This document shows, piece after piece, positions 1 through 9,578 of a stretch of 45,041 nucleotides of DNA. The DNA lies in the NCBI GenBank assembly GCA_031421555.1, contig JANOOW010000464.1:1-45041 (forward strand), given 5' to 3'. This DNA comes from Hyphomicrobiaceae bacterium. GTDB taxonomy: Bacteria > Pseudomonadota > Alphaproteobacteria > Rhizobiales > Hyphomicrobiaceae. The position numbers and the translations under genes are program-made. How positions within the stretch are numbered: the stretch's first letter is position 1; every line of letters starts with the position of its first letter. Below the pieces are notes generated by a model that saw only the letters and a program-made list of their open reading frames with translations, ran no database searches and had not been told where the DNA came from.

Positions 1-1875
1 ATCAAGCAGAACGCGACCGTGATGATCCTAGCCGACATCGGCACCATCGACGGCGATCTGAAGACCAAGGTTGGAGAGTGGGTCCGCAAGGGCGGGGTGC
101 TGGTGCGGTTCGCCGGTCCGAGGCTTGAAAAGGGTGGCGACGAGTTGCTGCCGGCACCGTTGCGGGTAGGTGGGCGCACCTTGGGCGGAGCACTGTCCTG
201 GTCGACGCCACAACCCCTCGGCGCCTTCACCGATGATAGCTTGTTCACAGGACTGAACATACCAGCCGACGTGCAAGTCACGCGGCAGGTGTTGACGGAT
301 CCAGCCCGTCTCGACGGCAATGTGAAAGTCTGGGCGCGCTTGAAGGACGGCACGCCGCTGGTCACCGCCGCATCACGCGGTGCTGGTCAGCTTGTTCTAT
401 TCCACGTGACCGCGAACTCGGACTGGTCCAATCTGCCGCTGTCGGGACTATTCGTCGATATGTTGCGCCGCCTTTCGACACTTGCGAAAACGGGGGCGAT
501 CGCTGGCGATGCGCTCGAAACTGGCACGGCTGCCAATCCCGCTCCTGCGGCCCCAGATCAGGCCAATGTGCTACCGCCTGTTCAAACGCTCGACGGATTT
601 GGCGCGTTGCGCAGTCCGCCTCCGACGGCACGCGCAGTGCAGGCAGCGAAGTTTGCCACAGCTGAGACGTCCGCCGACAATCCACCGGGCTATTACGGTT
701 CGCAAGCGACACCGCGAGCCCTTAACGTGATCGGTCCGAAAACCGTGTTGACTCCGCTGCCAAGTCTGCCCGCGTCGGCCGAGCGGCGCGCCTACACGAG
801 CCAAACCGCCACCCCGCTAAAACCGACCTTGTTGGGTCTGGCGTTAGCGCTTTTGCTGATCGATGTGATCGCCGTTCTGTTGCTGCAAATGGGCTCGCGC
901 GCTTGGGGAATGCTACGCCCCGCCGGCCGGGCGACTACAGCCGTGCTCACGTTGCTTGGAACTAGCGTGTTGTTCATTGGAAGCGGCGATACATGGGCGC
1001 AATCGCCGAGCTGGCGGTCGTTGCCACAGCAACAAACCATACCGGACCTGCTGCAACAATTTGGCGCACCCGCACCTCAGGTGCAGACAGTTCGGCCGCC
1101 CGGCCTTGCGCCTCTCGACCTACAGGCCTTGGGCGCAACCGGAAAAGTGACCTTCGGCTACGTTCTGTCGGGTGATCCCGCTACGGATCAGACGAGCCGC
1201 CAAGGTCTGCAAGGTCTCAATAAGATATTGCTGGGGCGGACAGCTGTCGACCCGGGCGAACCAATCGGCGTGAACATTGCAGCCGACGAAATCGCATTCT
1301 TCCCGATCTTGTATTGGCCCGTGCTCGCCAACGCGCGCGTCCTCGCCGATCCCGTCCTGGCGAAGATCGATGCCTACATGAAACAGGGCGGGCTTATCGT
1401 CTTCGACACGCGCGATTACGGCCAAGGCATGCCGTCAGGTTTCAACGTGCAGGGCAACGGCCGCGATGGCACATCATTGCAACGCCTCTTGGGCCGCCTC
1501 GACTTGCCGCGCCTAGAGCCGGTGCCGGACACGCACGTGCTCACCAAGTCGTTCTATCTAATGCGAACCTTCCCCGGCAGATGGGATGGGGGTCAGCTTT
1601 GGGTCGAAGCCGAGGCGCCCGAGACATCCGCTCAGGGCAAACGTGCAAAGCGGGCTGATGGGGTAAGTTCGGTGATCATAACGTCCAACGATCTCGCGTC
1701 GGCATGGGCGCTCGACGACGCCAATCGCCCGATTTATCCAGTCGTGCCCGGCGGCGAAGGACAACGTGAGCAAGCCTTCCGCACGGGAATCAACATCGTG
1801 ATGTACGCACTGACCGGCAACTACAAAGCCGACCAGGTGCACATTCCCGATCTACTGCAAAGGCTCGGCCAATGA
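1..1875 (+). CDS. DUF4159-type membrane protein of a MoxR/DUF58/BatA-like (aerotolerance-type) cluster; 5' end cut by the window edge
   Basis: The reading frame is open from base 1, with no stop before the first listed Met at 19. There is an internal TM segment, LLGLALALLLIDVIAVLLL. The C-terminal block ITSNDLASAWA...GINIVMYALTGNYKADQVHIPDLLQRLGQ matches my recollection of the DUF4159 C-terminus. The stop overlaps the next start (ATGA at 1872-1875). Confidence 0.7.
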   Translation: MKQNATVMILADIGTIDGDLKTKVGEWVRKGGVLVRFAGPRLEKGGDELLPAPLRVGGRTLGGALSWSTPQPLGAFTDDSLFTGLNIPADVQVTRQVLTDPARLDGNVKVWARLKDGTPLVTAASRGAGQLVLFHVTANSDWSNLPLSGLFVDMLRRLSTLAKTGAIAGDALETGTAANPAPAAPDQANVLPPVQTLDGFGALRSPPPTARAVQAAKFATAETSADNPPGYYGSQATPRALNVIGPKTVLTPLPSLPASAERRAYTSQTATPLKPTLLGLALALLLIDVIAVLLLQMGSRAWGMLRPAGRATTAVLTLLGTSVLFIGSGDTWAQSPSWRSLPQQQTIPDLLQQFGAPAPQVQTVRPPGLAPLDLQALGATGKVTFGYVLSGDPATDQTSRQGLQGLNKILLGRTAVDPGEPIGVNIAADEIAFFPILYWPVLANARVLADPVLAKIDAYMKQGGLIVFDTRDYGQGMPSGFNVQGNGRDGTSLQRLLGRLDLPRLEPVPDTHVLTKSFYLMRTFPGRWDGGQLWVEAEAPETSAQGKRAKRADGVSSVIITSNDLASAWALDDANRPIYPVVPGGEGQREQAFRTGINIVMYALTGNYKADQVHIPDLLQRLGQ

Positions 1876-3992
1876 CGAACTGGTCGATCGATTTCGCACC
1901 GATGCTGCCAGCCTACTACCTATGGGCGGCAGCGGTCGTGGCCGTTGTTTTGATCGTGCTGCTGTTTTTCCGCAGAACGCGAGGCGCGTTGTTTCGCACG
2001 CTCGCACTTGCCGCGCTACTTTTGGCGCTTGCCAACCCGACACTACGCGAGGAAGAGCGGGAAAACCTCGGCAACATTGCGATCGTCGTCATGGACGACA
2101 GTACCAGCCAATTGCTCGCTGGCCGTCCGGCGCAGGCAGCCGCGATCCGTGCCGATATCGAAGCCAAGCTCGGCAAGATACCTGGACTGCAGATCAAGTT
2201 TGTCTCATCGTCGAAGCCCGATGGCGAGACGACGTCCGGCACGACGCTGTTCAACGATCTCAATAAGGCACTAGCGACCGTACCGCCCGATCGGTTGGCC
2301 GGCGTGATCATGATAACCGACGGTCAGGTGCACGACGTGCCTAAGTCCGCCGCCGCGCTCGGCTTCGATGCCCCGGTGCACGCGTTGCTGACCGGCCGCC
2401 CCAACGAGTTCGATCGCCGCATCGAAATCGTGACTGCGCCGAAGTTCGGCATCGTCGGTCAAAATCGCGATATCGAGTTGATCGTTCGCGAGGCGGGGCG
2501 CTCCGGCCTAGCGAGCAACACGGTGTCGCTCAAGGTGCGCCGTGAAGGCCGGCCCGACGATACGATGCGCAGCGAAATCGGCCGCACGGTTCGCGTTCCG
2601 ATGCCGTTCCCGCATTCAGGCCAGAACATCGTCGAGATCGAGCTGGCGGGTGTGCCGGGCGAACTGACGCTGGCCAACAATCGCGTTGTCGTCGCGGCTG
2701 AAGGGGTGCGTGAAAATCTGCGCGTGCTCCTCGTGTCCGGCGAACCGCACGCGGGCGAGCGCACGTGGCGGAATTTGTTGAAGTCCGATGCGGCTATCGA
2801 TCTCGTTCATTTCACGATTCTGCGCCCGCCCGAAAAGCAGGACGGCACGCCCATCAATCAGCTGTCGCTGATCGCCTTTCCGACGCGCGAACTGTTTTCG
2901 CAAAAGATCAACGAGTTCGATCTCATCATTTTCGATCGCTACCAGCATCGCGGAATTCTGCAGCTGCTCTACTATGACAACATCTCGCGTTACGTCAGCG
3001 AGCACGGCGGCGCGTTGCTGGTCGCGGCAGGTGACGACTACGCCGGCGCACAGAGCCTCGTGCGCACGCCTCTGTCGCCGGTGCTTCCAGCTCTGCCGAC
3101 CGGTCGCGTCATGGAGCAGCCGTTCAAGGCCAAGATCACCGAGATGGGATCAAAGCATCCGGTGACGCGTGGACTGCCAGGCGGCGAGGGCGCCAATCCA
3201 ACATGGGGACGCTGGTTCCGCCAGGTGGATGTCCGGCCGGATCGTGGCCGCATCGTCATGAGCGGGGCGGAAGAAAAGCCGCTGTTGATCTTGGATCGCA
3301 AGGGTAAGGGTCGCGTCGCCCTGCTGACTTCCGACCATGCTTGGTTATGGGCGCGGGGCTATGAGGGCGGCGGTCCGCATACCGATCTCTTGCGGCGGCT
3401 CTCGCATTGGCTGATGAAAGAGCCAGATCTTGAGGAAGAGCGTTTGATTGCGACCTCCAAAGGCTTGAAACTCACGATCGACCGCAGATCGATGGAGGAA
3501 GCCGTACCGCCGGTTACATTGATGGCACCGGGTGGAGCCACCTCGGAGGTTCGGCCGGAGAACAGCGGTCCCGGCCTATGGCGTTCTGTGGTCGATGTGT
3601 CGGAGCCTGGCCTGTATAAGGTTCAGACCCCGGGGCCGTCCGGTCCGCTGACGGCCGTCGCGCACGTCGGTGTCGAGGACGTCCGTGAAATGTCGGAAGT
3701 GACGGCGACGGATGAAAAACTGCAGCCACTAGTCGATGCGACCGGTGGAGGGGTTTTCTGGACCAAGGGCTCCGGCGTATTCGCGAGCTCCGATCCGGGC
3801 TCGGTCGATGTCCCGCGGGTGACCATGATGTCGTCGGCGAAAGTCTTGGCTGGCTCCGGCTGGCTCGGCCTCAAGGACCGCGAAGCCTACGTCACGCGAG
3901 GCGTAAAGCTGACACCGATGTTCACCGGCCTACTCGCGCTAGCAGCCCTGCTATTTCTGATTGCGCTCGCTTGGTGGCGGGAAGGACGCTAG
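1872..3992 (+). CDS. Large membrane protein with a vWA-like DxSxS motif; downstream partner of the DUF4159 gene
   Basis: 706-aa ORF translationally coupled to the upstream gene by ATGA. It has N-terminal TM helices (YYLWAAAVVAVVLIVLLFF, LALAALLLALA), a DDSTS (DxSxS, MIDAS-like) motif just after them, and a C-terminal TM anchor (LLALAALLFLIALAWW). The precise family is not recognised. Confidence 0.6.
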   Translation: MTNWSIDFAPMLPAYYLWAAAVVAVVLIVLLFFRRTRGALFRTLALAALLLALANPTLREEERENLGNIAIVVMDDSTSQLLAGRPAQAAAIRADIEAKLGKIPGLQIKFVSSSKPDGETTSGTTLFNDLNKALATVPPDRLAGVIMITDGQVHDVPKSAAALGFDAPVHALLTGRPNEFDRRIEIVTAPKFGIVGQNRDIELIVREAGRSGLASNTVSLKVRREGRPDDTMRSEIGRTVRVPMPFPHSGQNIVEIELAGVPGELTLANNRVVVAAEGVRENLRVLLVSGEPHAGERTWRNLLKSDAAIDLVHFTILRPPEKQDGTPINQLSLIAFPTRELFSQKINEFDLIIFDRYQHRGILQLLYYDNISRYVSEHGGALLVAAGDDYAGAQSLVRTPLSPVLPALPTGRVMEQPFKAKITEMGSKHPVTRGLPGGEGANPTWGRWFRQVDVRPDRGRIVMSGAEEKPLLILDRKGKGRVALLTSDHAWLWARGYEGGGPHTDLLRRLSHWLMKEPDLEEERLIATSKGLKLTIDRRSMEEAVPPVTLMAPGGATSEVRPENSGPGLWRSVVDVSEPGLYKVQTPGPSGPLTAVAHVGVEDVREMSEVTATDEKLQPLVDATGGGVFWTKGSGVFASSDPGSVDVPRVTMMSSAKVLAGSGWLGLKDREAYVTRGVKLTPMFTGLLALAALLFLIALAWWREGR

Positions 3993-4029
3993 GTTCCCTC
4001 TCAAACGGTGAGATGGCAGGATAAATCTG

Positions 4030-4923
4030 ATGAAATCAGCACGACCGGTCGGCTTTATCGGCATCGGCAATATGGGTGGGCCGATGGTGCGCTGCCTTGC
4101 CAAGGCTGGTCATCAAGTCCTGATGTATGACATGCGCGCGGAAGCGATGGCGTCAGTCGCCGACGCTCAGCTTGGCATCGAGGCCGCCGCAAATTCCGCC
4201 GAACTAGCCAAACGCTGCGAGATCGTGATCACGATGCTGCCCGAAAGCCGGCACGTCCGGGATGCCATCGCCGGCGAAAACGGCATTGCCGGGCACGGCT
4301 TTGCGAGAGGCTCGGTCGTAATCGACATGAGCTCGTCTTTCCCGCTCGACACGCGATCGCTTGGCGAAGCACTTGCAGCCAAAGGCATCGGCCTCATCGA
4401 TGCGCCCGTTTCCGGCGGTGTGGGCAAGGCCGTGACAGGCACGCTTGCGATCATGACGGGAGGCGATGCAGCGCTGATAGATCGCGTCGAACCGGTGTTG
4501 ACGGCGATGGGTGCGATCCACCGCACCGGCGCGCTCGGTTCCGGCCACGCCATGAAGGCGCTGAACAACTACGTGTCGGCAGCCGGCTTGGTTGCGACCG
4601 CCGAAGCACTGATCGTGGGCAAAAAATTCGGGCTGGATGGCGCCGTCATGACCAAGGTGCTCAACGCCTCCACCGGGCGCAACAACACCACCGAGAACAA
4701 AGCCGAGCGCTACATGCTATCCCGCAAGTTCGACTCCGGCTTTGCACTTGCACTGATGGAAAAGGACGTTGGCATGGCGCGCCGCCTCGCCGAAGAGCTT
4801 GGCATAGGTGCGGACGAATTGGCCTTCGTCAGTGGCTACCTCACCAAAGCGCTTGCAGCCCTCGGTAAGGATGCCGACCATACGGCCGTGCTTCAATTCG
4901 CCGAGAAAAGCGTTACGGATTGA
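4030..4923 (+). CDS. NAD(P)-dependent beta-hydroxyacid dehydrogenase (3-hydroxyisobutyrate dehydrogenase family)
   Basis: N-terminal Rossmann motif GFIGIGNMGGPM and the family motif GSGHAMKALNN with the catalytic Lys. 297 aa is the typical length. An AGGA sits upstream of the ATG. Confidence 0.85.
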   Translation: MKSARPVGFIGIGNMGGPMVRCLAKAGHQVLMYDMRAEAMASVADAQLGIEAAANSAELAKRCEIVITMLPESRHVRDAIAGENGIAGHGFARGSVVIDMSSSFPLDTRSLGEALAAKGIGLIDAPVSGGVGKAVTGTLAIMTGGDAALIDRVEPVLTAMGAIHRTGALGSGHAMKALNNYVSAAGLVATAEALIVGKKFGLDGAVMTKVLNASTGRNNTTENKAERYMLSRKFDSGFALALMEKDVGMARRLAEELGIGADELAFVSGYLTKALAALGKDADHTAVLQFAEKSVTD

Positions 4924-5857
4924 AATTTACGGCGGTCGTGTTCGCGCCGCAGAGCAGCACGCCGACACGCTCGCCTTTCGCCGGCTTGTAGACGCCGGAA
5001 AGCAGAGCTGCGAACGCCGCGGCACCACCTGGCTCTAGAACGATACGCAAAGCTTGCCAAAGCTGAACCTGCGCCGCGCGGATCGCCTCATCGCTCACGA
5101 GAACAACCTGCTCGACGAAGTTGCGTGCGATCGGGAACATGAGATCACCCACGCGCCGCGCCCCCAAGCTGTCAGCTGCCAATCCCGATACCTCGACGTC
5201 GATTGGGGTTTGCGCCGCGAACGCACCGAACAGTGCCTGACACGTGATCGGCTCGACGCCAATGATGCGAATCCGGCTTTCATACCAAGCAGCAATTCCG
5301 CCGATCAGTCCACCTCCGCCCACGGCAACGAGCAATGTATCGAGCCCGGGCGCCTGCGCTTCAAGTTCAAGTCCGACGGTACCTTGGCCCAGAAGCGTCT
5401 CGACCTGATCGTAGGCATGAATATCGAGCGCTCCGGTCTTTTTCACATGCGCCCGGCAGGCTTCGTACGCCTCCGCGTACGTCTCGCCGCCGACGGCGAG
5501 ATCAGCGCCAAGATCGCGAATGAGCTGCACTTTTGCCGGTGATGAGATCTTCGGCACAAAGATTTTTGCCTTCCGGGCAAGTTTCGACGCCGCATAGGCG
5601 ACCGCGGCTCCGTGATTGCCACCGGACGCAGCTGCGACCCCTGCTTCCGGAACATCCCGCATCAGCATATTGGCGAAGGCGCCGCGGGTCTTGAACGATC
5701 CGGCGTGCTGCAGTTGCTCGAGCTTGAACGTAATCGGCCCGGCATCGATGCCGAAATCGGCGCCAACCGTGTCGGTCACCGGCGTGCGGCGCACATGCAA
5801 CCGCAGGCGATTATAAGTAGCGGCGATGGTATCGCGCGAGATTTCCTGATCCATCAT
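4913..5857 (-). CDS. PLP-dependent threonine/serine dehydratase-family enzyme (fold type II, no regulatory domain)
   Basis: SFKTRGA motif with the PLP lysine, SGGNHG and a GGGGL glycine loop. The start is set at the internal ATGATG (5857), preceded by GGAGA, rather than at the 5992 ORF start. The 3' end overlaps the convergent dehydrogenase gene by 11 nt. Confidence 0.8.
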   Translation of the reverse strand: MMDQEISRDTIAATYNRLRLHVRRTPVTDTVGADFGIDAGPITFKLEQLQHAGSFKTRGAFANMLMRDVPEAGVAAASGGNHGAAVAYAASKLARKAKIFVPKISSPAKVQLIRDLGADLAVGGETYAEAYEACRAHVKKTGALDIHAYDQVETLLGQGTVGLELEAQAPGLDTLLVAVGGGGLIGGIAAWYESRIRIIGVEPITCQALFGAFAAQTPIDVEVSGLAADSLGARRVGDLMFPIARNFVEQVVLVSDEAIRAAQVQLWQALRIVLEPGGAAAFAALLSGVYKPAKGERVGVLLCGANTTAVNFNP

Positions 5858-5979
5858 GCGTCTCCGGTATTGCTGCCATTGTTGCGACAGAGAACAAAAA
5901 ACGCAAACGCTGGCTATGCTTGGTTGAGCGCCGGGCGGAATTAGGTAGGAAGGCCCGGCGCAACAATGGGAAGCCGCAT

Positions 5980-6975
5980 ATGGCCGCCGCAAGTTCGACG
6001 AAGGTGGTCATCATCGCCTTCGCATGCAATCTTTGCATCACGATTGCAAAATTTGCTGCGGCGCTCTTCACCGGCTCATCGGCCATGTTGTCGGAAGCGA
6101 TACATTCACTCGTCGATACGTCCAATCAGGGCTTCCTGTTGCACGGGATCAAACGAGCCGCTCGCCCGCCGGACGCCGGCCATCCGCTCGGCTATGGCAT
6201 GGAGTTGTACTTCTGGAGCTTCGTCGTCGCCATCATGCTGTTCTCGCTCGGAGCGGGCGTATCGATATACGAGGGCGTCGATAAGCTTTCTCATCCGCAT
6301 CCGGGCAGCAATCCTGAAATCGCTTATGTGGTGCTCGGCGTCGCCCTGCTCATGGCGTGCATATCGACGCGGCAGGCGCTCAAGACCTTGAGAAAAGATC
6401 GCAACGGCACAAGCGCGCTCGCGACTTTGCGGCGTTCGAACGACCCTGCACGTTTGACCCTTCTGCTCGAACATCTGGCGGGTTTGGCTGGACTGACGGT
6501 AGCGATCATCGGAATTTTCGCGACGCATCAATTCGATGCCGAATGGGCGGACGGTGCCGCGTCAATTGCGATCGGACTCATTCTTGCGGCGGTCGCGGCA
6601 TTCCTTTCGGTCGAGATCAAAAGGCTACTTATGGGAGCGCTAGCATCCGGCGACTTGCAAAACGGCGTGCGCGCGTTGCGTGACGCAGCGGGTGACGTTG
6701 CAGCGGCGAGTGAACGATTAAACCGCACCGTCAAGGGTCCGTATCCAGAGGTGCAGTGCATGTTCCTCGACGTGAAGGCTAGCGCACCGACGGCACTCAA
6801 GACTGCCACCGTCACGCCACCTTCGCCGAGCCCCGGCGCACCTGCAAAGACAGCAGTGGCAACCGATCCGGAAAATTCTGCCCCGGCTCGAGCGTTTGAA
6901 GCCGCCGCCACGCCAAAACCAACGATCGCAGCTCGGCCAGCCTCAGCACGCAAGGGCGGCAAACGGCGTCGCTGA
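5980..6975 (+). CDS. Cation diffusion facilitator (CDF) family transporter with an unusual C-terminus
   Basis: N-terminal sequence VVIIAFACNLCITIAKFAAALFTGSSAMLSEAIHSLVDTSNQ is typical of CDF TM1-TM2. Six predicted TM segments. ATG at 5980 has GGGAAG 6 nt upstream. The C-terminal cytoplasmic part is short and followed by a Pro/Ala-rich tail ending KGGKRRR. Confidence 0.8.
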   Translation: MAAASSTKVVIIAFACNLCITIAKFAAALFTGSSAMLSEAIHSLVDTSNQGFLLHGIKRAARPPDAGHPLGYGMELYFWSFVVAIMLFSLGAGVSIYEGVDKLSHPHPGSNPEIAYVVLGVALLMACISTRQALKTLRKDRNGTSALATLRRSNDPARLTLLLEHLAGLAGLTVAIIGIFATHQFDAEWADGAASIAIGLILAAVAAFLSVEIKRLLMGALASGDLQNGVRALRDAAGDVAAASERLNRTVKGPYPEVQCMFLDVKASAPTALKTATVTPPSPSPGAPAKTAVATDPENSAPARAFEAAATPKPTIAARPASARKGGKRRR

Positions 6976-6997
6976 TGTGCACCTCGGGCGCACAGAT

Positions 6998-7543
6998 CTA
7001 AAAAGGAATCTCGTCGTCGAGAGGCTTGTCGAAGCTCTTTGCAGCACCCTTCGAAGCCCGCTTCGGGTCGCTGTAACCACCGCCACCACTCGAAGCTGAT
7101 CCACCGCCGTAGCCGCCATCCGGCGCCCCGTAACCAGCTTGTCCATCTTCCTGCATTCCAGCTCCCGCACCTGCACCTGCACCCGCACCCGCACGACCGT
7201 CGAGCATAGTGAGTACGCTGTTGAAACCCTGCAGCACGACCTCGGTCGAATACTTTTCCACCCCGGCCTGATCGGTCCACTTACGCGTTTGAAGCGCGCC
7301 TTCGATGTAAAGCTTGGCGCCTTTCTTCACATAGCTCTCGATGACTTTACACAACGGCTCGCTAAACACGACCACGCGGTGCCACTCGGTCTTTTCCTTG
7401 CGCTCGCCCGAGTTCTTGTCACGCCAGCTTTCGCTTGTGGCGATCGACAGATTGGCGATCGGCCGGCCGTCCTGCGTGCGGCGGATCTCCGGATCCTTGC
7501 CCACATTACCGACCAGGATCACCTTGTTGACGGAACCAGCCAT
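6998..7543 (-). CDS. ssb: Single-stranded DNA-binding protein
   Basis: [45 protein letters not shown]-fold N-terminus, a Gly-rich linker and the acidic tail DDEIPF. AAGGAG sits upstream of the ATG at 7543. The longer ORF start at 7615 is rejected. Confidence 0.95.
   Translation of the reverse strand: MAGSVNKVILVGNVGKDPEIRRTQDGRPIANLSIATSESWRDKNSGERKEKTEWHRVVVFSEPLCKVIESYVKKGAKLYIEGALQTRKWTDQAGVEKYSTEVVLQGFNSVLTMLDGRAGAGAGAGAGAGMQEDGQAGYGAPDGGYGGGSASSGGGGYSDPKRASKGAAKSFDKPLDDEIPF
7157..7192 (-). repeat. Six tandem hexanucleotide units (GCN GGN) encoding (Ala-Gly)6 inside ssb
   Basis: The minus strand reads GCG GGT GCG GGT GCA GGT GCA GGT GCG GGA GCT GGA, giving AGAGAGAGAGAG in the SSB linker. 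Confidence 0.9.
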
Positions 7544-7679
7544 TTCAAACTCCTTTTGAGGATACAATAACCGACTTTGCGTCGCCAGCGTGATTCTCGT
7601 TGAGCCTAAGCCCATCAGGACGAAGTAGGCACTGGAACATCTGCTCGTCCACGGATTTCTTGCTATATAACTTCAAATT

Positions 7680-7694
7680 CGTTCGCTATTCGTT
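7680..7694. promoter_or_regulatory. Alphaproteobacterial LexA (SOS) box candidate, GTTC-N7-GTTC
   Basis: Exact GTTCGCTATTCGTTC, embedded in the direct repeat ATTCGTTC-N3-ATTCGTTC. It lies in the 286-nt divergent intergenic region, roughly equidistant from the ssb start (7543) and the TPR gene start (7830). Confidence 0.6.
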
Positions 7695-7829
7695 CTAAGA
7701 TAACACACGGTCGCCGGATTGCAAGGGTAAACGAGGAATCACACCCTGCTACAAAGTGCACCTATTGACCCGCCCTTCGGATTCAACCCATTTGATGAAT
7801 AGCCCGGATACTCAATAAAGCATCGATCC

Positions 7830-9578
7830 ATGCCTCCAACAGGCCGCCTATTATTGATTGTTTTCCTGTCGCTTGCGACGGGTGGAGGGGCTTTGGCACA
7901 GGCGCCGGCCGAACCGGCGGTCGCGCGATCCCAGGAAGGGTCCGCAGCACTGGCAAAAGGTAGTCTTTCAGCCGCCGTTGCCGCGTTCACCGAAGCTTTG
8001 AAAGAGCAAAGTCTCACGAACGACCGCAAGGCAACGATCCTCAACGATCGCGGTGTCGCATATGGGCGCATCGGTCAGCCGCGGCTCGCCGTGGAGGATT
8101 TCAACCGCGCCGTGCAACTCTTTCCAGAGTATGCAGCCGTTTATAACAATCGTGGCAATACCCTCGTCGCGATGGGACAAGTGCGTGAAGCATTGAAGGA
8201 CTTCGACCGGGCCATCGTGCTCACCCCCGGCTATGCCGTTGCTTTCCACAACCGTGCCAGCGCCTACATCCGGTTGGGCCAGACCGCACAGGCCATCCGT
8301 GACTATACCAAGGCTATCGAACTGATGCCGGGAAGCGCGCCGCCGTTATCCGGGCGCGGACGTGCGTTCCTGGCCGAAGGACGGCCGTACGCCGCGATGC
8401 GTGACTTCTCCCGGGCAATCCTGAGTGACGCCCGGTTCAGCACCGCTTATCGCTCACGGGCGGAAGCCAAGATCGAGGTCGAGCGTATCGACGATGCCAT
8501 CGAGGATCTGAGCCGCGCCATCGCCTTCGAGCCAGGCAATGCTGAAGTCTTCGTTCTGCGGGCGCAGGCCTACTTGGCAAATCACAACCCGGCCTCGGCG
8601 ATCAAGGATTTTACGCGCGCTATCGAACTCGATGCGAAGTCGGTTGCGGCCTTCCAAGGACGGGGCCTCGCATATGCCAAGGTTGAAGCCTTCGAGGAGG
8701 CCGAGGCGGACCTCGCGCGCGCTATCGAGCTGGATCCGAGAGCCGCGTCTGCGTTCGCCTATCGCGCTTATGTCTACAAGCTGACAGCGCAACCGGAACT
8801 TGGTCTGAAGGAGACGGAAAAGGCTTTCAAGATCGATCTGAACAAAGCTGAAGCGTATTGGGCCAAGGGAGAGATTGAAGAAGCGCTCGGCCGCACCGAC
8901 GAGGCCGTGGCGAGCCTTAGGCGTGCGCTCGTCTTGAAACCCGGCCTCAAGGATGCTGCCGAAGGTCTGGCCCGTCTAGGCGCGCCGCCGGACGACACCG
9001 CCGACAGCGAAGTGGTTGGCGCAGGCATTGCGCGCTGGCGCGTCGTCGCAAGGTCTGGCCGGTACTTTGCCGTGTCTGAAGAGTTTCGCGGCGTTCGCGT
9101 TCCATTGGAAATGATGGGCGAGGGCATCCCTCGCCTGCTCGAATGGGAGGTACGCAAGCCACCGCTGCAGGGGTTCGGATCGCTGAAGTTTAGCGCCGGG
9201 CGCTCTGGCGCACTTCAGATTGAGCAGGTTGCCATCGTCGACACCCAGTCGGCAACGGTCGTTGGCGTTCAGTTACACCGCGTGGGCGATCGCGTGTCGC
9301 AGTGGACCTGGGATGATGGCCGCGTCACCATCGCCAGCATCGATGGCGTTACAGACGAGTTTGTCTTGAAAGCAGCGAAACCGATAGAGAAGGAAGTTCC
9401 AGTCGCGGCCGCACCTCAGCCAAGACGCGTATCGAGTTCACAAGAAGGTAGTAGCAAGGCGACACCATCCTGGGCCCCTTGGGCCCAATCCGGTTGGGGA
9501 GGCGGAGGTGGATCTCAGCGTCAGCAACGGCAAGGACCAAAGCCAAAAACCCTTTTTGATCTTCTGCTGGGCAATTGA
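7830..9578 (+). CDS. Secreted tetratricopeptide-repeat (TPR) protein with a non-TPR C-terminal domain
   Basis: Signal peptide MPPTGRLLLIVFLSLATGGGALAQAP. About ten 34-residue repeats of the A..F..AI.L.P....A...RG type. The C-terminal ~200 aa are non-repetitive and end in GWGGGGGSQRQQRQGPKPK. Confidence 0.85.
   Translation: MPPTGRLLLIVFLSLATGGGALAQAPAEPAVARSQEGSAALAKGSLSAAVAAFTEALKEQSLTNDRKATILNDRGVAYGRIGQPRLAVEDFNRAVQLFPEYAAVYNNRGNTLVAMGQVREALKDFDRAIVLTPGYAVAFHNRASAYIRLGQTAQAIRDYTKAIELMPGSAPPLSGRGRAFLAEGRPYAAMRDFSRAILSDARFSTAYRSRAEAKIEVERIDDAIEDLSRAIAFEPGNAEVFVLRAQAYLANHNPASAIKDFTRAIELDAKSVAAFQGRGLAYAKVEAFEEAEADLARAIELDPRAASAFAYRAYVYKLTAQPELGLKETEKAFKIDLNKAEAYWAKGEIEEALGRTDEAVASLRRALVLKPGLKDAAEGLARLGAPPDDTADSEVVGAGIARWRVVARSGRYFAVSEEFRGVRVPLEMMGEGIPRLLEWEVRKPPLQGFGSLKFSAGRSGALQIEQVAIVDTQSATVVGVQLHRVGDRVSQWTWDDGRVTIASIDGVTDEFVLKAAKPIEKEVPVAAAPQPRRVSSSQEGSSKATPSWAPWAQSGWGGGGGSQRQQRQGPKPKTLFDLLLGN

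Noticed and set aside
6528-7280. 250-aa minus-strand ORF spanning the CDF tail and the ssb 3' half
   Set aside because: It overlaps ssb out of frame and the CDF gene antisense. Arg/Trp/Cys-rich translation with no start signals.
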